DNA from: an uncultured Actinomycetes bacterium
Lineage (GTDB): Bacteria > Actinomycetota > UBA4738 > JBBDTT01
DNA: 64,000 nucleotides
Assembly: GCA_963742735.1 (NCBI GenBank)
Contig: CAVUMN010000003.1
Span: 672,001 to 736,000, forward strand
Reading direction: 5' to 3'
Part shown: positions 18,633 to 28,742 of the stretch, piece after piece
Numbering within the stretch: position 1 is the stretch's first letter
How the letters are laid out: each line of letters starts with the position of its first letter
Program-made: the position numbers and the translations under genes
The notes under the pieces: model-generated
The model's input: only the letters and a program-made list of their open reading frames with translations
What the model was told of the DNA's origin: nothing
Databases searched by the model: none

Positions 18633-19694
18633 TTGGCCCTTTCACGTCCCGGAAAGCTCCTGGTTGGCCTCGTCGTGGCGGCGGTCCTCGTCGGAGGGGG
18701 CCTGTTCGCCTACACGCGGATCACCGGCAAGTCCTTCGGCCCGATCAAGGGCCCCGACGACCCGGGTACGACCGACGTCGCCGCCAACCTGACCGAGTGC
18801 CCCCTCAGCGGCCTCACGGGGGAGGTCCCGAACCGCCCGGCGCTCGCCGTCAAGATCGAGAACCTCCCGGCGTCCCGTCCGCAGGCGGGCCTCGAGTCCG
18901 CCGACCTCGTCTACGAGCAGCCGGTCGAGGGCGGGATCACCCGGTTCATCGTGGTGTTCCAGTGCCAGGAGCCGGCCGGACGACTGGGGCCGGTGCGCAG
19001 CGTCCGGCTGGTGGATCCGGACATCGTCTCGCAGTTCTCCGCCCCGAGCTCCATCCCGCTGTTCGCGCACTCCGGCGGGATCCCGGAGATCGTGCAGGGG
19101 ATCGAGGCCGCGGGGCTGCTCGACGTCGGGTTCGACCGCCACCCCGAGGCCTTCGAACGCGATCCGAATCGCAACCAGCCGCACAACCTGTACACCACGA
19201 TGGCCGAGCTCTACGCGGCGGCCGACGACCCGACCGGAGTGCCCCCGGGGATGTTCGAGTACGACCCGCGGGTGCCCTCGGGCTCGAAGGACGTGTCCGT
19301 GGTCCGCGTGAAGGGCAGCAGCCACTTCAGCGAGGCCATGTCCTGGCGGTGGGACGCCGGAAAGAAGGCCTGGCTCCGGTTCCACGGCGACTCCCCGCAC
19401 ACCATGGAGAGCGGCGTCCAGATCGCGGCCAAGAACGTCATCTTCCAGACGGTACAGACCCACTGCAGCGGGTTCTTCGACGTCAACGGCACGTGCGTCG
19501 AGGAGATCGGCAGCATCGGCACCGGCGACGCGATCGTGTTCCGCAACGGCAAGCGGATCGACGCCAGCTGGACCCGCAACTTCGCCGAGGACGTGACCCA
19601 GTACCTGGACGGCCGCGGCCGCCCGATCGAGCTCACCCGCGGGATCACCTGGATCATCCTGGTACCGACCGACGTCTCCGTCACGGCCGAGTAG
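18633..19694 (+). CDS. DUF3048 (YerB-like) membrane-anchored protein
   Basis: [37 protein letters not shown]. Confidence 0.85.
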   Translation: MALSRPGKLLVGLVVAAVLVGGGLFAYTRITGKSFGPIKGPDDPGTTDVAANLTECPLSGLTGEVPNRPALAVKIENLPASRPQAGLESADLVYEQPVEGGITRFIVVFQCQEPAGRLGPVRSVRLVDPDIVSQFSAPSSIPLFAHSGGIPEIVQGIEAAGLLDVGFDRHPEAFERDPNRNQPHNLYTTMAELYAAADDPTGVPPGMFEYDPRVPSGSKDVSVVRVKGSSHFSEAMSWRWDAGKKAWLRFHGDSPHTMESGVQIAAKNVIFQTVQTHCSGFFDVNGTCVEEIGSIGTGDAIVFRNGKRIDASWTRNFAEDVTQYLDGRGRPIELTRGITWIILVPTDVSVTAE

Positions 19695-19725
19695 GTCGGG
19701 CCGCGCCCGGCGTATCCTGTCGGGT

Positions 19726-20613
19726 ATGGAGAACGAGACCGGGACGTTCCGCGTCAAGTCCGGCCTGGCCGAGATGCTCAAGGGCGGCGTCATCATGGAC
19801 GTCACCACGGCCGAGCAGGCCAAGATCGCCGAGGACGCCGGCGCGGTCGCCGTGATGGCGCTGGAGCGGGTCCCCGCCGACATCCGCGCCGAGGGCGGCG
19901 TGGCCCGCATGGCGGATCCGACCAAGGTCTCCGAGATCATGGAGGTCGTCTCGATCCCGGTGATGGCCAAGTGCCGGATCGGCCACTTCGTCGAGGCCCA
20001 GATCCTGCAGGCCCTCGGGGTCGACTACGTCGACGAGAGCGAGGTCCTCACGCCCGCCGACGAGCAGTTCCACGTCAACAAGTGGGACTTCACCGTCCCG
20101 TTCGTGTGCGGCGCGCGCGACCTGGGCGAGGCCCTGCGCCGGATCGCCGAGGGCGCGGCCATGATCCGCACCAAGGGCGAGGCCGGCACCGGCAACGTGG
20201 TCGAGGCCGTCCGCCACCACCGATCGATCGCGACGGGGATCGCCAGGCTCCAGGGAGCCCGCGACGAGGAGCTCGTGTCGATGGCCCGCGACCTGGGCGC
20301 GCCGCTGGAGCTGGTCCGCCAGGTCGCGCAGGCCGGCAAGCTGCCGGTCGTGAACTTCGCCGCCGGCGGGCTGGCCACGCCGGCCGACGCGGCGCTGATG
20401 ATGCAGCTGGGCGTGGACGGCGTCTTCGTCGGCTCGGGCATCTTCAAGTCCGAGGACCCGGCGCCGCGGGCCCGGGCGATCGTCGAGGCCACGACCTACT
20501 TCAACGACCCGGACCAGCTCGCGAAGATCTCCCGCGGGCTCGGCGAGCCGATGCCCGGCCTGGAGATCTCCACCCTCGGTGAGGACGGGCTGCTCCAGAC
20601 GCGAGGCTGGTAG
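19726..20613 (+). CDS. pdxS: Pyridoxal 5'-phosphate synthase lyase subunit
   Basis: [36 protein letters not shown]. Confidence 0.98.
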   Translation: MENETGTFRVKSGLAEMLKGGVIMDVTTAEQAKIAEDAGAVAVMALERVPADIRAEGGVARMADPTKVSEIMEVVSIPVMAKCRIGHFVEAQILQALGVDYVDESEVLTPADEQFHVNKWDFTVPFVCGARDLGEALRRIAEGAAMIRTKGEAGTGNVVEAVRHHRSIATGIARLQGARDEELVSMARDLGAPLELVRQVAQAGKLPVVNFAAGGLATPADAALMMQLGVDGVFVGSGIFKSEDPAPRARAIVEATTYFNDPDQLAKISRGLGEPMPGLEISTLGEDGLLQTRGW

Positions 20614-21171
20614 TGAAGGCCGGCGTCCTGGCGCTTGCAGGGCGACTTCCGCGAGCACGCCGGGGTCCTTCGCGACGCTCGGCGCGACGCCCCTCGAGGT
20701 CCGCACGGCCGCCGATCTGGCCGAGGTGAGCTGCCTGGCGATCCCCGGGGGCGAGTCGACCACGATCGCGAAGCTCGCCCGCGCCTACGAGCTGGTCGAG
20801 CCGATCCGGGAGCGGATCCTGGCCGGCATGCCCGTCCTGGGGACGTGCGCGGGGCTCATCGTCCTGGCGCAGCGGGTGATCGGCGGTGCGAGCCGCTGCT
20901 CTCGGTGCTGGACGTCGAGGTCCGTCGCAACGCCTACGGGCGGCAGGTGGACTCCTTCGAGGCCGACGTGCGCCTCTCCGACGGCGAGGTCGTCCGGGGC
21001 GCGTTCATCCGAGCGCCCGTGATCGAGTCGGTGGGCCGGCGCGTCGAGGTCCTGGCCGAGCACGGCGGTTCCCCGGTGGTCGTCGAGCAGGCAGGGCTGC
21101 TCGGGACGACGTTCCACCCGGAGCTCGCCGGCGACGGCCGGCTGCACGCCCGGATGCTGGAGCGCGCCTAG
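20613..21171 (+). CDS. pdxT: PLP synthase glutaminase subunit, apparently with three frameshifts
   Basis: Segments GVLA / LQGDFREH / IPGGESTT..GTCAG / RNAYGRQVDSF..FIRAP..FHPEL alternate between frames (shifts near 20634, 20670, 20888). Confidence 0.85.
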
Positions 21172-21927
21172 ATGTCCGGCCACTCCAAGTGGGCAACGAT
21201 CAAGCGGAAGAAGGGGGCGGCCGACGCCGCGCGCGGCAAGATGTTCTCCAAGCTCCTGCGGGCGATCGAGGTCGCCGCGCGCGAGGGGGGCGGCAGCATC
21301 GAGGGCAACATGACCCTGGCCTCCGCCGTCGAGAAGGCCCGGGACTTCTCGGTCCCCATGGACAACATCGAGCGCGCGATCAAGCGCGCCACCGGCGACC
21401 TGGAGGGGGTCCGCTACGAGAGCGCGATGTACGAGGGTTACGGCCCCGGAGGCGTGGCGATGCTGATCGAGGTCCTCACGGACAACCGCAACCGGTCGGG
21501 CGCCGACATCCGCCATGCGTTCGGCAAGTTCGGGGGCAACCTGGGCGACCCCGGCAGCGTCGCCTGGATGTTCAACCGTCAGGGGATCCTGGCCATCGAG
21601 AAGGCGGGCGCGCCCGACGAGGACCGGCTCCTGGAGGTCGTGACCGAGGCCGGCGCCGACGACCTGACCGACCGCGAGGACCTGTGGGAGGTGGTGGCGT
21701 CGCCGCAGGCGTTCCGCGGCGTGAAGGAGGCCCTTGAGACGGCCGGCGTGGCTCTGGCGTCGGCCGAGATCACCATGCACCCCACCAACACGGTGCCGGT
21801 CGGGGCCGAGCAGGCGCGCTCAGTCCTGCGGCTGCTGGAGGCCCTGGAGGACCTCGACGACGTCCAGAACGTCTACTCGAACTTCGACATCCCGGACGAC
21901 GTCATGGCGGAGGCCACGGCGGGCTGA
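21172..21927 (+). CDS. yebC: YebC/PmpR family protein
   Basis: MSGHSKWATIKRKK, YEGYGPGG, DDVQNVYSN. Confidence 0.97.
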   Translation: MSGHSKWATIKRKKGAADAARGKMFSKLLRAIEVAAREGGGSIEGNMTLASAVEKARDFSVPMDNIERAIKRATGDLEGVRYESAMYEGYGPGGVAMLIEVLTDNRNRSGADIRHAFGKFGGNLGDPGSVAWMFNRQGILAIEKAGAPDEDRLLEVVTEAGADDLTDREDLWEVVASPQAFRGVKEALETAGVALASAEITMHPTNTVPVGAEQARSVLRLLEALEDLDDVQNVYSNFDIPDDVMAEATAG

Positions 21928-21975
21928 ATCGTTCGGCGACATGATTGATTCGGGTCCCGGCGGGCCCTAGGCTCC

Positions 21976-21990
21976 TGAACATATGTTCGA
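21976..21990 (+). promoter_or_regulatory. LexA (SOS) box overlapping the ruvC start codon
   Basis: tGAAC-ATAT-GTTCga matches the Gram-positive GAAC-N4-GTTC consensus, just after -10 TAGGCT (21968-21973). Confidence 0.8.
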
Positions 21991-22486
21991 TGGACTCGTG
22001 CTCGGCGTGGACCCTGGGATCGCCGCCACGGGCGTCGCCGCGGTCCGCCGCGACGGCTCCCGGCCCCGCGTCGAGTGGGCGGTGACCGTGCGGACGCCGG
22101 CGGGTCAGGACGAGGCCGCCCGGCTCCGGCACATCCACGAGGCCATCGCCGACGCCATCCGTACGTGGAGCCCGGCCTCGGTGGCGATCGAGCGGCTGGC
22201 CTGGGGCCGCAACGTCGTGAGCGCGATGTCCGTGGCCCGGGCGTCCGGGGTCGTCCTCCTTGCCGCCGCCCAGGCCGGCCTGTCGGTGACCGAGTACCCG
22301 CCCACCGAGGTCAAGCTCGGGATCACGGGGTCGGGGAGCGCCGGCAAGGAGCAGGTTCGCCGGGCCCTGGACCGACTGCTGGGCGTGACCGGGACCCCGC
22401 TCGAGCCCGACGCCGCCGACGCCGTGGCCGTCGCCGTGTGCCACCTGCATCAGTCGCCGCTGCGAGCCCTGGTGGCGCGGTCGTGA
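21983..22486 (+). CDS. ruvC: Holliday junction resolvase RuvC
   Basis: [28 protein letters not shown]. Confidence 0.95.
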   Translation: MFDGLVLGVDPGIAATGVAAVRRDGSRPRVEWAVTVRTPAGQDEAARLRHIHEAIADAIRTWSPASVAIERLAWGRNVVSAMSVARASGVVLLAAAQAGLSVTEYPPTEVKLGITGSGSAGKEQVRRALDRLLGVTGTPLEPDAADAVAVAVCHLHQSPLRALVARS

Positions 22487-23058
22487 TCGCGTTCGTCTCG
22501 GGGAAGATCGCCACGAAGGCCGCCGACCGGGTGGTGGTCGACGTCGGCGGGGTGGGCTACGAGGCCCTGACCTCGACGACGACGCTCAAGGCCCTTCCGC
22601 CGGTCGGGCGGACCGCGCACCTGTTCACGCACCTCCACGTCCGCGACGACGCCATGACGCTCTACGGGTTCGCCGACACCGACGAGCGCACGGTGTTCAC
22701 GCACCTGCTGGGGGTGACCGGGGTGGGGCCCAAGGTGGCGCTGGCCATCCTGTCGGTCCTGTCCCCGCCCGCGTTCCGCCGTGCCGTGGTGGCCGGCGAC
22801 GCCGACGCGATCATGGTCGTGCCCGGCGTGGGGAAGAAGGTGGCGGCGCGGGTGATCCTGGACCTGAAGGACTCGCTCGGCGCCGGTGGCGACGAGGCCG
22901 TGGGCTCGGGGCCGCTCGCGGAGGTGCGCGACGCCCTGCTCGCCCTGGGCCTGTCGGCGCAGGAAGCCCGCGACGCGCTGGCGGCCCTCCCGCCGAACGG
23001 CGACCGCCCGGTCGAGGACCTGCTGCGCGACGCGCTTCGCGGGGTGGCCCGCCCGTGA
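22483..23058 (+). CDS. ruvA: Holliday junction branch migration protein RuvA
   Basis: [30 protein letters not shown]. Confidence 0.96.
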   Translation: MIAFVSGKIATKAADRVVVDVGGVGYEALTSTTTLKALPPVGRTAHLFTHLHVRDDAMTLYGFADTDERTVFTHLLGVTGVGPKVALAILSVLSPPAFRRAVVAGDADAIMVVPGVGKKVAARVILDLKDSLGAGGDEAVGSGPLAEVRDALLALGLSAQEARDALAALPPNGDRPVEDLLRDALRGVARP

Positions 23059-24071
23059 CCGAGGAGCGCCTGGTCGATCCCGCCTACGCCGAGGAGGACC
23101 TCTCCGTCGACGTCGCCCTTCGCCCCCGCCGGCTCGACGAGTTCGTCGGCCAGGACCGGATGAAGGAACAGCTTCAGCTCCTGCTCGACGGAGCCGCGGC
23201 GCGAGGCGAGCCCGTGGACCACGTGCTGTTCTCCGGCCCTCCCGGGCTGGGGAAGACGACCCTGGCCGGCATCGTGGCCAACGAGATGGGAGTGCGCCTG
23301 CACCCCACCTCCGGGCCGGCCCTGGAGCGGGCCGGCGACCTCGCGGCGATCCTGACGAACCTCGATGTGGGCGACGTGCTGTTCGTCGACGAGATCCACC
23401 GGATGCCCCGGCCCGTCGAGGAGGTCCTGTATCCCGCGCTCGAGGACTTCAAGCTCGACATCGTGGTGGGCAAGGGCCCGTCGGCGCGGAGCATCCGCCT
23501 GGACCTGCCGCGGTTCACCATGGTCGCCGCCACGACCCGCACCGGGCTCGTGACGCTCCCGCTGCGCGAGCGGTTCGGCTTCTCGCCGCGGCTCGACTAC
23601 TACTCCGACGAGGACCTGGCCCGCATCGTGGGGCGCTCGGCGGGCATCCTGGAGGTGCCGATCGACGCGGCCGGGGCGGCCGAGATCGCCTCCCGTTCCC
23701 GGGGAACGCCTCGAATCGCCAACCGCCTGCTTCGCCGGGTGCGCGACTTCGCCCAGGTCCGGGGCGACGGCCGCGTCGACCGCGCTGTGGCCGAGCAGGC
23801 GCTCGCGCTGTTCGAGGTCGACGGCATCGGCCTGGACAAGCTGGACGTGTCGATCCTCACGACGCTCGTCCGCAAGTTCGGGGGCGGACCGGTCGGTCTG
23901 TCCACCCTGGCCGCGGCGATCGGCGAGGAGACCGAGACGCTCGAGGACGTCTACGAGCCCTACCTGCTCCAGCTGGGGTTCCTGCAGCGCACGCCGAGGG
24001 GCCGGGTGGCCACCCAGGCCGCGTTCCAGCACCTGGGCGAGCCCGCGCCGGCGGGCGACGGCCTGTTCTGA
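23055..24071 (+). CDS. ruvB: Holliday junction DNA helicase RuvB
   Basis: [36 protein letters not shown]. Confidence 0.98.
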   Translation: MTEERLVDPAYAEEDLSVDVALRPRRLDEFVGQDRMKEQLQLLLDGAAARGEPVDHVLFSGPPGLGKTTLAGIVANEMGVRLHPTSGPALERAGDLAAILTNLDVGDVLFVDEIHRMPRPVEEVLYPALEDFKLDIVVGKGPSARSIRLDLPRFTMVAATTRTGLVTLPLRERFGFSPRLDYYSDEDLARIVGRSAGILEVPIDAAGAAEIASRSRGTPRIANRLLRRVRDFAQVRGDGRVDRAVAEQALALFEVDGIGLDKLDVSILTTLVRKFGGGPVGLSTLAAAIGEETETLEDVYEPYLLQLGFLQRTPRGRVATQAAFQHLGEPAPAGDGLF

Positions 24072-24121
24072 GCCCCGGGCGCTAGAATCGAGCTCCGACG
24101 GCGGCCTGAGCCGCCGCTTCC

Positions 24122-24460
24122 ATGAAGGGACGTGTTCCATTTGATCGCGCAGGCCTCGGGGGAAACGCCCAGCTCCTCATCTCGCTGTTGCTGATGGTCG
24201 CCATCTTCTATTTCCTGCTGATCCGGCCCCAGCAGCGCCGGATGCGCCAGCAGCGTTCGCTCATCGAGGACCTCGACGTCGGTGACGAGGTCATCACGAT
24301 CGGCGGGATCGTGGGGACCATCGCCTCGGTGGAGGAGGACTGGTTCGAGGTCGAGATCTCGCCGGGCACGCGCATCCGCCTGCTCAAGAGCGCGGTGGCG
24401 CGGAAGGTGCCCGAGGAGGTTCCCGAGACCGAGGACGAGGAGGCGGACGAGTCGAAGTGA
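24122..24460 (+). CDS. yajC: Preprotein translocase subunit YajC (5' end uncertain)
   Basis: FYFLLIRPQQRR, GDEVITIGGIVG. Confidence 0.92.
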   Translation: MKGRVPFDRAGLGGNAQLLISLLLMVAIFYFLLIRPQQRRMRQQRSLIEDLDVGDEVITIGGIVGTIASVEEDWFEVEISPGTRIRLLKSAVARKVPEEVPETEDEEADESK

Positions 24461-25149
24461 CCGCGCAGGCCCAGGAGGCTGCGGGCGCCGCACCGATCAC
24501 CCTCGAGGACATCGAGAACGACCCCGTTCTCTCGAACTTCATCGCCTCCGCGGACCAGGTGATGGACGGACTCGGCTTCACCGAGCACGGGTTCCGCCAT
24601 GCGCGTCTCACGGCGAAGACCGCGTACAACCTGATCTCCCGCCTGGAGCGCGATCCGCGCGAGGCCGAGCTCGCCGCCATCGGCGGCTACCTGCACGACG
24701 TCGGGAACATGGTGGCCCGCGAGGCGCACGGCCAGGTCGGGGCGCTGCTCGTGCACGGCGTCCTGCGCGATCGCATGGAGCACCAGGAGCTGGCGCAGGT
24801 CATGGCGGCCATCGGGAACCACGAGGAGGAGGGCGGCCACGCCGCCGGCCCGGTCCCCGCGGCGGTCATCCTGGCCGACAAGGCCGACGTCCACCGCAGC
24901 CGCGTCCGCAAGGCCGAACAGATCGAGTTCGACATCCACGATCGCGTCAACTACGCGGCCGAACGCTCGTTCCTCCGCGTAGACTCGGAGGCTCGCACGG
25001 TCACCCTCGAGCTGACCATCGACACGGAGATCAGCCAGGTCATGGAGTACTTCGAGATCTTCCTGGGACGCATGGTGATGTGTCGCCGCGCGGCCGAGCA
25101 GTTGGACTGCAAGTTCAAGCTGACGATCAACGGCGCAACTCTTCTGTGA
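24457..25149 (+). CDS. HD-superfamily phosphohydrolase
   Basis: GFTEHGFRH, YLHDVGN, IGNHEE, ILADKADVHRSRVR, DIHDRVNYA. Confidence 0.88.
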   Translation: MTAQAQEAAGAAPITLEDIENDPVLSNFIASADQVMDGLGFTEHGFRHARLTAKTAYNLISRLERDPREAELAAIGGYLHDVGNMVAREAHGQVGALLVHGVLRDRMEHQELAQVMAAIGNHEEEGGHAAGPVPAAVILADKADVHRSRVRKAEQIEFDIHDRVNYAAERSFLRVDSEARTVTLELTIDTEISQVMEYFEIFLGRMVMCRRAAEQLDCKFKLTINGATLL

Positions 25150-26597
25150 GGCGCGTCCGCTCGCTCGTCCTGTCGATCGTCTTCGTCCTGCTGCTGGTGG
25201 GCGGGGTGGTAGCCGGTTTCCTGTTCGGCAACCTGCGTCCGGTGCTGGGCCTCGACCTCGTCGGCGGACTCCGCGTGGTCCTGGAGGCGCCGGAGGGCAC
25301 CTCGCTCGAGCTCATGGAGCGGACGCTTGAGACGATCCGCAACCGGGTGGACGCGTTCGGCGTGGCCGAGCCGGACATCGCCATCATCGGTGAGCGCAAC
25401 ATCGAGGTCCAGATCCCCGAGCTGGCCAAGCAGGTCGGCGGCGCCGAGGACCAGCAGCGCCTGCGGGAGCTGATCGGCTCCACCGCCCGCCTGGAGTTCC
25501 GCGAGGTGCTCGAGGGCGTCCCGAAGGGGGCCGAGGGGTACGACGCGCTCGAGGTGACGTGCCCCACGGGAGAGGTCAGCGGCGACGAGACCTGCACCAA
25601 CGAGGCCCTCGAGGGGGAGGAGGTCGTGTACCTCGGCGAGCCCGAGGACACGAAGTACCGGCTCGGTCCCGCCCGGATGACCGGCGACGCCGTGAAGAGC
25701 GCGAACGCGGTGTTCCAGACCGCCTCGGCCGGCACCACGGAAGGGGGTTGGCTGGTCGCCTTCGAGCTGACCTCCGAGGGACGCGACACGTTCGGGACGC
25801 TGACCGGCGAGCTCGTGGGCAAGCAGCTCGCCGTCGTCCTCGACCGCCGCGTGGAGTCGGCCCCCAACGTCAACGAGGCGATCACCCAGGGCACCGGCGA
25901 GATCTCCGGCAACTTCTCCGAGGCCGAGGCCAAGGACCTGGCCCTGACCCTGCAGACCGGCGCGCTCCCCGTCGAGCTCGAAACGGGCGTGGAGGAAACG
26001 GTCAGCCCGACCCTGGGCGAGGAGTCCCTGCGCCTCGGCCTGATCGCGGGGATCGCCGGCCTCATCGCCCTGGCGCTGTACCTGGCCTTCTACTACCGCT
26101 TGCTCGGGATCGTCACCTGGGTGGGCATGTCGATCTGGGCCGTGCTCGGCCTGGGGATCGTGTCGCTGCTGGGGCGATCGGTCGGCTACAGCCTCACGCT
26201 CGCCGGGATCGCGGGTTTCGTCGTCTCGATCGGCATCGCCGGCGACTCCTACATCGTGTTCTACGAGCGGCTGAAGGACGAGGTCCGTCACGGCAAGACG
26301 CCGAGGGCGGCGGTGGTTCCCGCCTTCAAACGGGCGTGGAAGACGATCCTGGCCGCCAACCTGGTCACGATCCTCGCCGCCGCCGTGCTGTACGTGCTCG
26401 CGATCGGATCGGTCCGGGGGTTCGCCCTGACGCTCGGCATCTCCACCGCGCTCGACATGTTCGTCGTGTGGACCTTCAAACGGCCGACGGTGATCCTGCT
26501 CGCTCGCAGCGACCGACTGTCGAACCTGCGGGGGTTCGGGCTCCGCTCCGGTATCGCCGCGGAGCGGGCGCCGGCGGTCGCGGGAGCGGCGAAATGA
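25146..26597 (+). CDS. secD: Protein translocase subunit SecD
   Basis: LGLDLVGG, RVDAFGVAEP, GALP, TLAGIAG, DSYIVFYER. Confidence 0.95.
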   Translation: MRRVRSLVLSIVFVLLLVGGVVAGFLFGNLRPVLGLDLVGGLRVVLEAPEGTSLELMERTLETIRNRVDAFGVAEPDIAIIGERNIEVQIPELAKQVGGAEDQQRLRELIGSTARLEFREVLEGVPKGAEGYDALEVTCPTGEVSGDETCTNEALEGEEVVYLGEPEDTKYRLGPARMTGDAVKSANAVFQTASAGTTEGGWLVAFELTSEGRDTFGTLTGELVGKQLAVVLDRRVESAPNVNEAITQGTGEISGNFSEAEAKDLALTLQTGALPVELETGVEETVSPTLGEESLRLGLIAGIAGLIALALYLAFYYRLLGIVTWVGMSIWAVLGLGIVSLLGRSVGYSLTLAGIAGFVVSIGIAGDSYIVFYERLKDEVRHGKTPRAAVVPAFKRAWKTILAANLVTILAAAVLYVLAIGSVRGFALTLGISTALDMFVVWTFKRPTVILLARSDRLSNLRGFGLRSGIAAERAPAVAGAAK

Positions 26598-27706
26598 GCC
26601 GCCTGAGGGAGCTCTTCGGGACCTTCCGCGGCAGCCGGGAGCTCCACCTCAACATCATCGGCCGCAAGCGGTGGTGGTTCGCGCTGTCCGGCACGCTCAT
26701 GCTGGTGTCGGCGGTGGGCCTGTTCAAGCCGGGACTCACCCTCTCGATCGACTTCGAGGGCGGGGCCCGGATGTCCTACGAGACCGACGGTTCCGTCACG
26801 CCCGACGACGTCGAGCGGGTCCTCCTGCGCGAAGGCCTCGCCGGAGAGGCGACGGTGCAGATCGTCGAGGGACGGCAGGTGGAGGTTCGTCTTCCCGAGC
26901 TGAGCGACGCGGACCGGGACGAGCTGGCCGCCGCGCTGGCGGAGGATGCCGACATCGCCGCCGATCAGGTGAACGTGGAGAAGGTCAGCCCCACGTGGGG
27001 CGCCCAGATCTCGCGGAAGGCCCTCCAGGGTCTGTTGATCTTCCTGGTCCTCGTCTCGATCTACATCTCGTTCCGGTTCGAGTGGAAGATGGCGGCGGGG
27101 GCCCTGGCCACCCTGGTCCACGACCTGTTGATCAGCGCGGGCGTCTACGCCTTGGTGGGGCGGGAGGTCACGCCGGAGACCGTGATCGCGATCCTGACGA
27201 TCATGGGTTTCTCGCTGTACGACACCGTCGTGATCTTCGACAAGATCAAGGAGAACACCGAGAACCTCGCCCTGGTGGCCCGGATGGGCTACTCGGAGGC
27301 GGTGAACCTCTCGGTGAACCAGGTGTTCTGGCGGTCGGTGAACACCTCGATCACCACCCTGTTTCCGATCCTCGCGCTGCTGCTGTTCGGCGGGGACACG
27401 TTGAAGGACTTCGCGTTCGCGCTGTTCGTCGGCATCTTCCTGGGGGCGTATTCCTCTCCCTTCCTGGCGGCGCCGTTGCTGGCGGTGCTCAAGGAGCGCG
27501 AGTCCCGGTACCGGACGATCCGGGAGCGACTCACTCGGCCCGGACGGCCCCTGCGGCCGGTCGCCCCGGGCGACGGCAAGGCGGCCGAGCTGCAGCCGGC
27601 CGCGGTGTCGGCGACGCGACCGGCCCCCGCCTCCACCGCCAGGCCCTCCTCGGCCGCCGCCAGGCGCTCCGGGGCGCGGAAGAAGAAGAAGCCGAGGCGC
27701 CGGTGA
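26594..27706 (+). CDS. secF: Protein translocase subunit SecF
   Basis: SIDFEGG, HDLL, GFSLYDTVVIFD, RSVNTS. Confidence 0.95.
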   Translation: MSRLRELFGTFRGSRELHLNIIGRKRWWFALSGTLMLVSAVGLFKPGLTLSIDFEGGARMSYETDGSVTPDDVERVLLREGLAGEATVQIVEGRQVEVRLPELSDADRDELAAALAEDADIAADQVNVEKVSPTWGAQISRKALQGLLIFLVLVSIYISFRFEWKMAAGALATLVHDLLISAGVYALVGREVTPETVIAILTIMGFSLYDTVVIFDKIKENTENLALVARMGYSEAVNLSVNQVFWRSVNTSITTLFPILALLLFGGDTLKDFAFALFVGIFLGAYSSPFLAAPLLAVLKERESRYRTIRERLTRPGRPLRPVAPGDGKAAELQPAAVSATRPAPASTARPSSAAARRSGARKKKKPRRR

Positions 27707-28236
27707 CCACCGAGGCGAACCTCGAGCGGGTCAAGTCTCTGATCCGCGACGTCCCCGACTTCCCCGAGAAGGGGATCGTCTTCAAGGACATCACGCCCCT
27801 GCTGGGCGACGAGGCCGGCTTCTCGACCGCCATCGATCTCATGGTCGTCCACTTCGGGCGGGGGAGCGTCGACAAGGTCGTCGGGATCGAGGCGCGCGGG
27901 TTCATCCTGGCCTCGCCGGTCGCGTATCACTTCGGGGCGGGCTTCGTGCCCGTCCGCAAGCAGGGCAAGCTCCCGTGGCAGACCCACGCCGAGGAGTACG
28001 CGCTGGAGTACGGCACCGCCACGATCGAGATCCACCAGGATTCCATCGCGTCGGGGGAGCGCGTGCTGATCGTGGACGACGTGCTCGCCACCGGGGGGAC
28101 GGCCGCGGCGGCGGCCGCCCTGGTCGAGAAGCTCGGCGGGAAGGTGGTCGGCATCGCGTGTCTCATCGAGCTCACGTTCCTCCACGGCCGCGAGAAGCTG
28201 CCGGGCTACGACGTCTTCTCCCTGATCACGTACTGA
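27703..28236 (+). CDS. apt: Adenine phosphoribosyltransferase
   Basis: PDFPEKGIVFKDITPLL, IEARGF, VDDVLATGGT. Confidence 0.97.
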   Translation: MTTEANLERVKSLIRDVPDFPEKGIVFKDITPLLGDEAGFSTAIDLMVVHFGRGSVDKVVGIEARGFILASPVAYHFGAGFVPVRKQGKLPWQTHAEEYALEYGTATIEIHQDSIASGERVLIVDDVLATGGTAAAAAALVEKLGGKVVGIACLIELTFLHGREKLPGYDVFSLITY

Positions 28237-28237
28237 C

Positions 28238-28702
28238 GTGGGCATCGTCAAGGCGATCTTCCTGGGCGCCGAGCGGGAGGCCCCGCTGGAGTCCCGGGCC
28301 GAGGTCCGGGCGGTTCCCGGCCGAGGGCTGGAGGGCGACCGCTACTTCGCGAAGACGGGCACCTACTCGAAGACCGACGGCCCGGACCGCGAGGTCACGT
28401 TCATCGAGTCCGAGGCCATCGCCGCTGCCGAGCGCGACGAGGACCTGACGATCCGGCCCGAGCTCACCCGCCGCAACATCCTCACCGAGGGGGTCGCGCT
28501 CAACCACCTGGTCGGCCGGGAGTTCCGGGTGGGGGACCTCCGGTTCCTGGGGATCCGGCTCTGCGAGCCGTGCCGGCACATGGAGGAGCTCTCCGGGGTG
28601 CCCGGCGCGCGCAAGGCGCTCGTCCACCGGGGCGGCCTGCGGGCGCAGGTCCTGGACGAGGGCGTGCTCCGCGTCGGCGACGAGGTTCGAACCGAGCCCT
28701 GA
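28238..28702 (+). CDS. MOSC-domain protein
   Basis: GLEGDRY, RRNILTEG, CEPC, RGGLRA. Confidence 0.88.
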   Translation: MGIVKAIFLGAEREAPLESRAEVRAVPGRGLEGDRYFAKTGTYSKTDGPDREVTFIESEAIAAAERDEDLTIRPELTRRNILTEGVALNHLVGREFRVGDLRFLGIRLCEPCRHMEELSGVPGARKALVHRGGLRAQVLDEGVLRVGDEVRTEP

Positions 28703-28742
28703 GCGCGGGATTCGCCATCCGCGCACCTACAATGGTTCGCAG

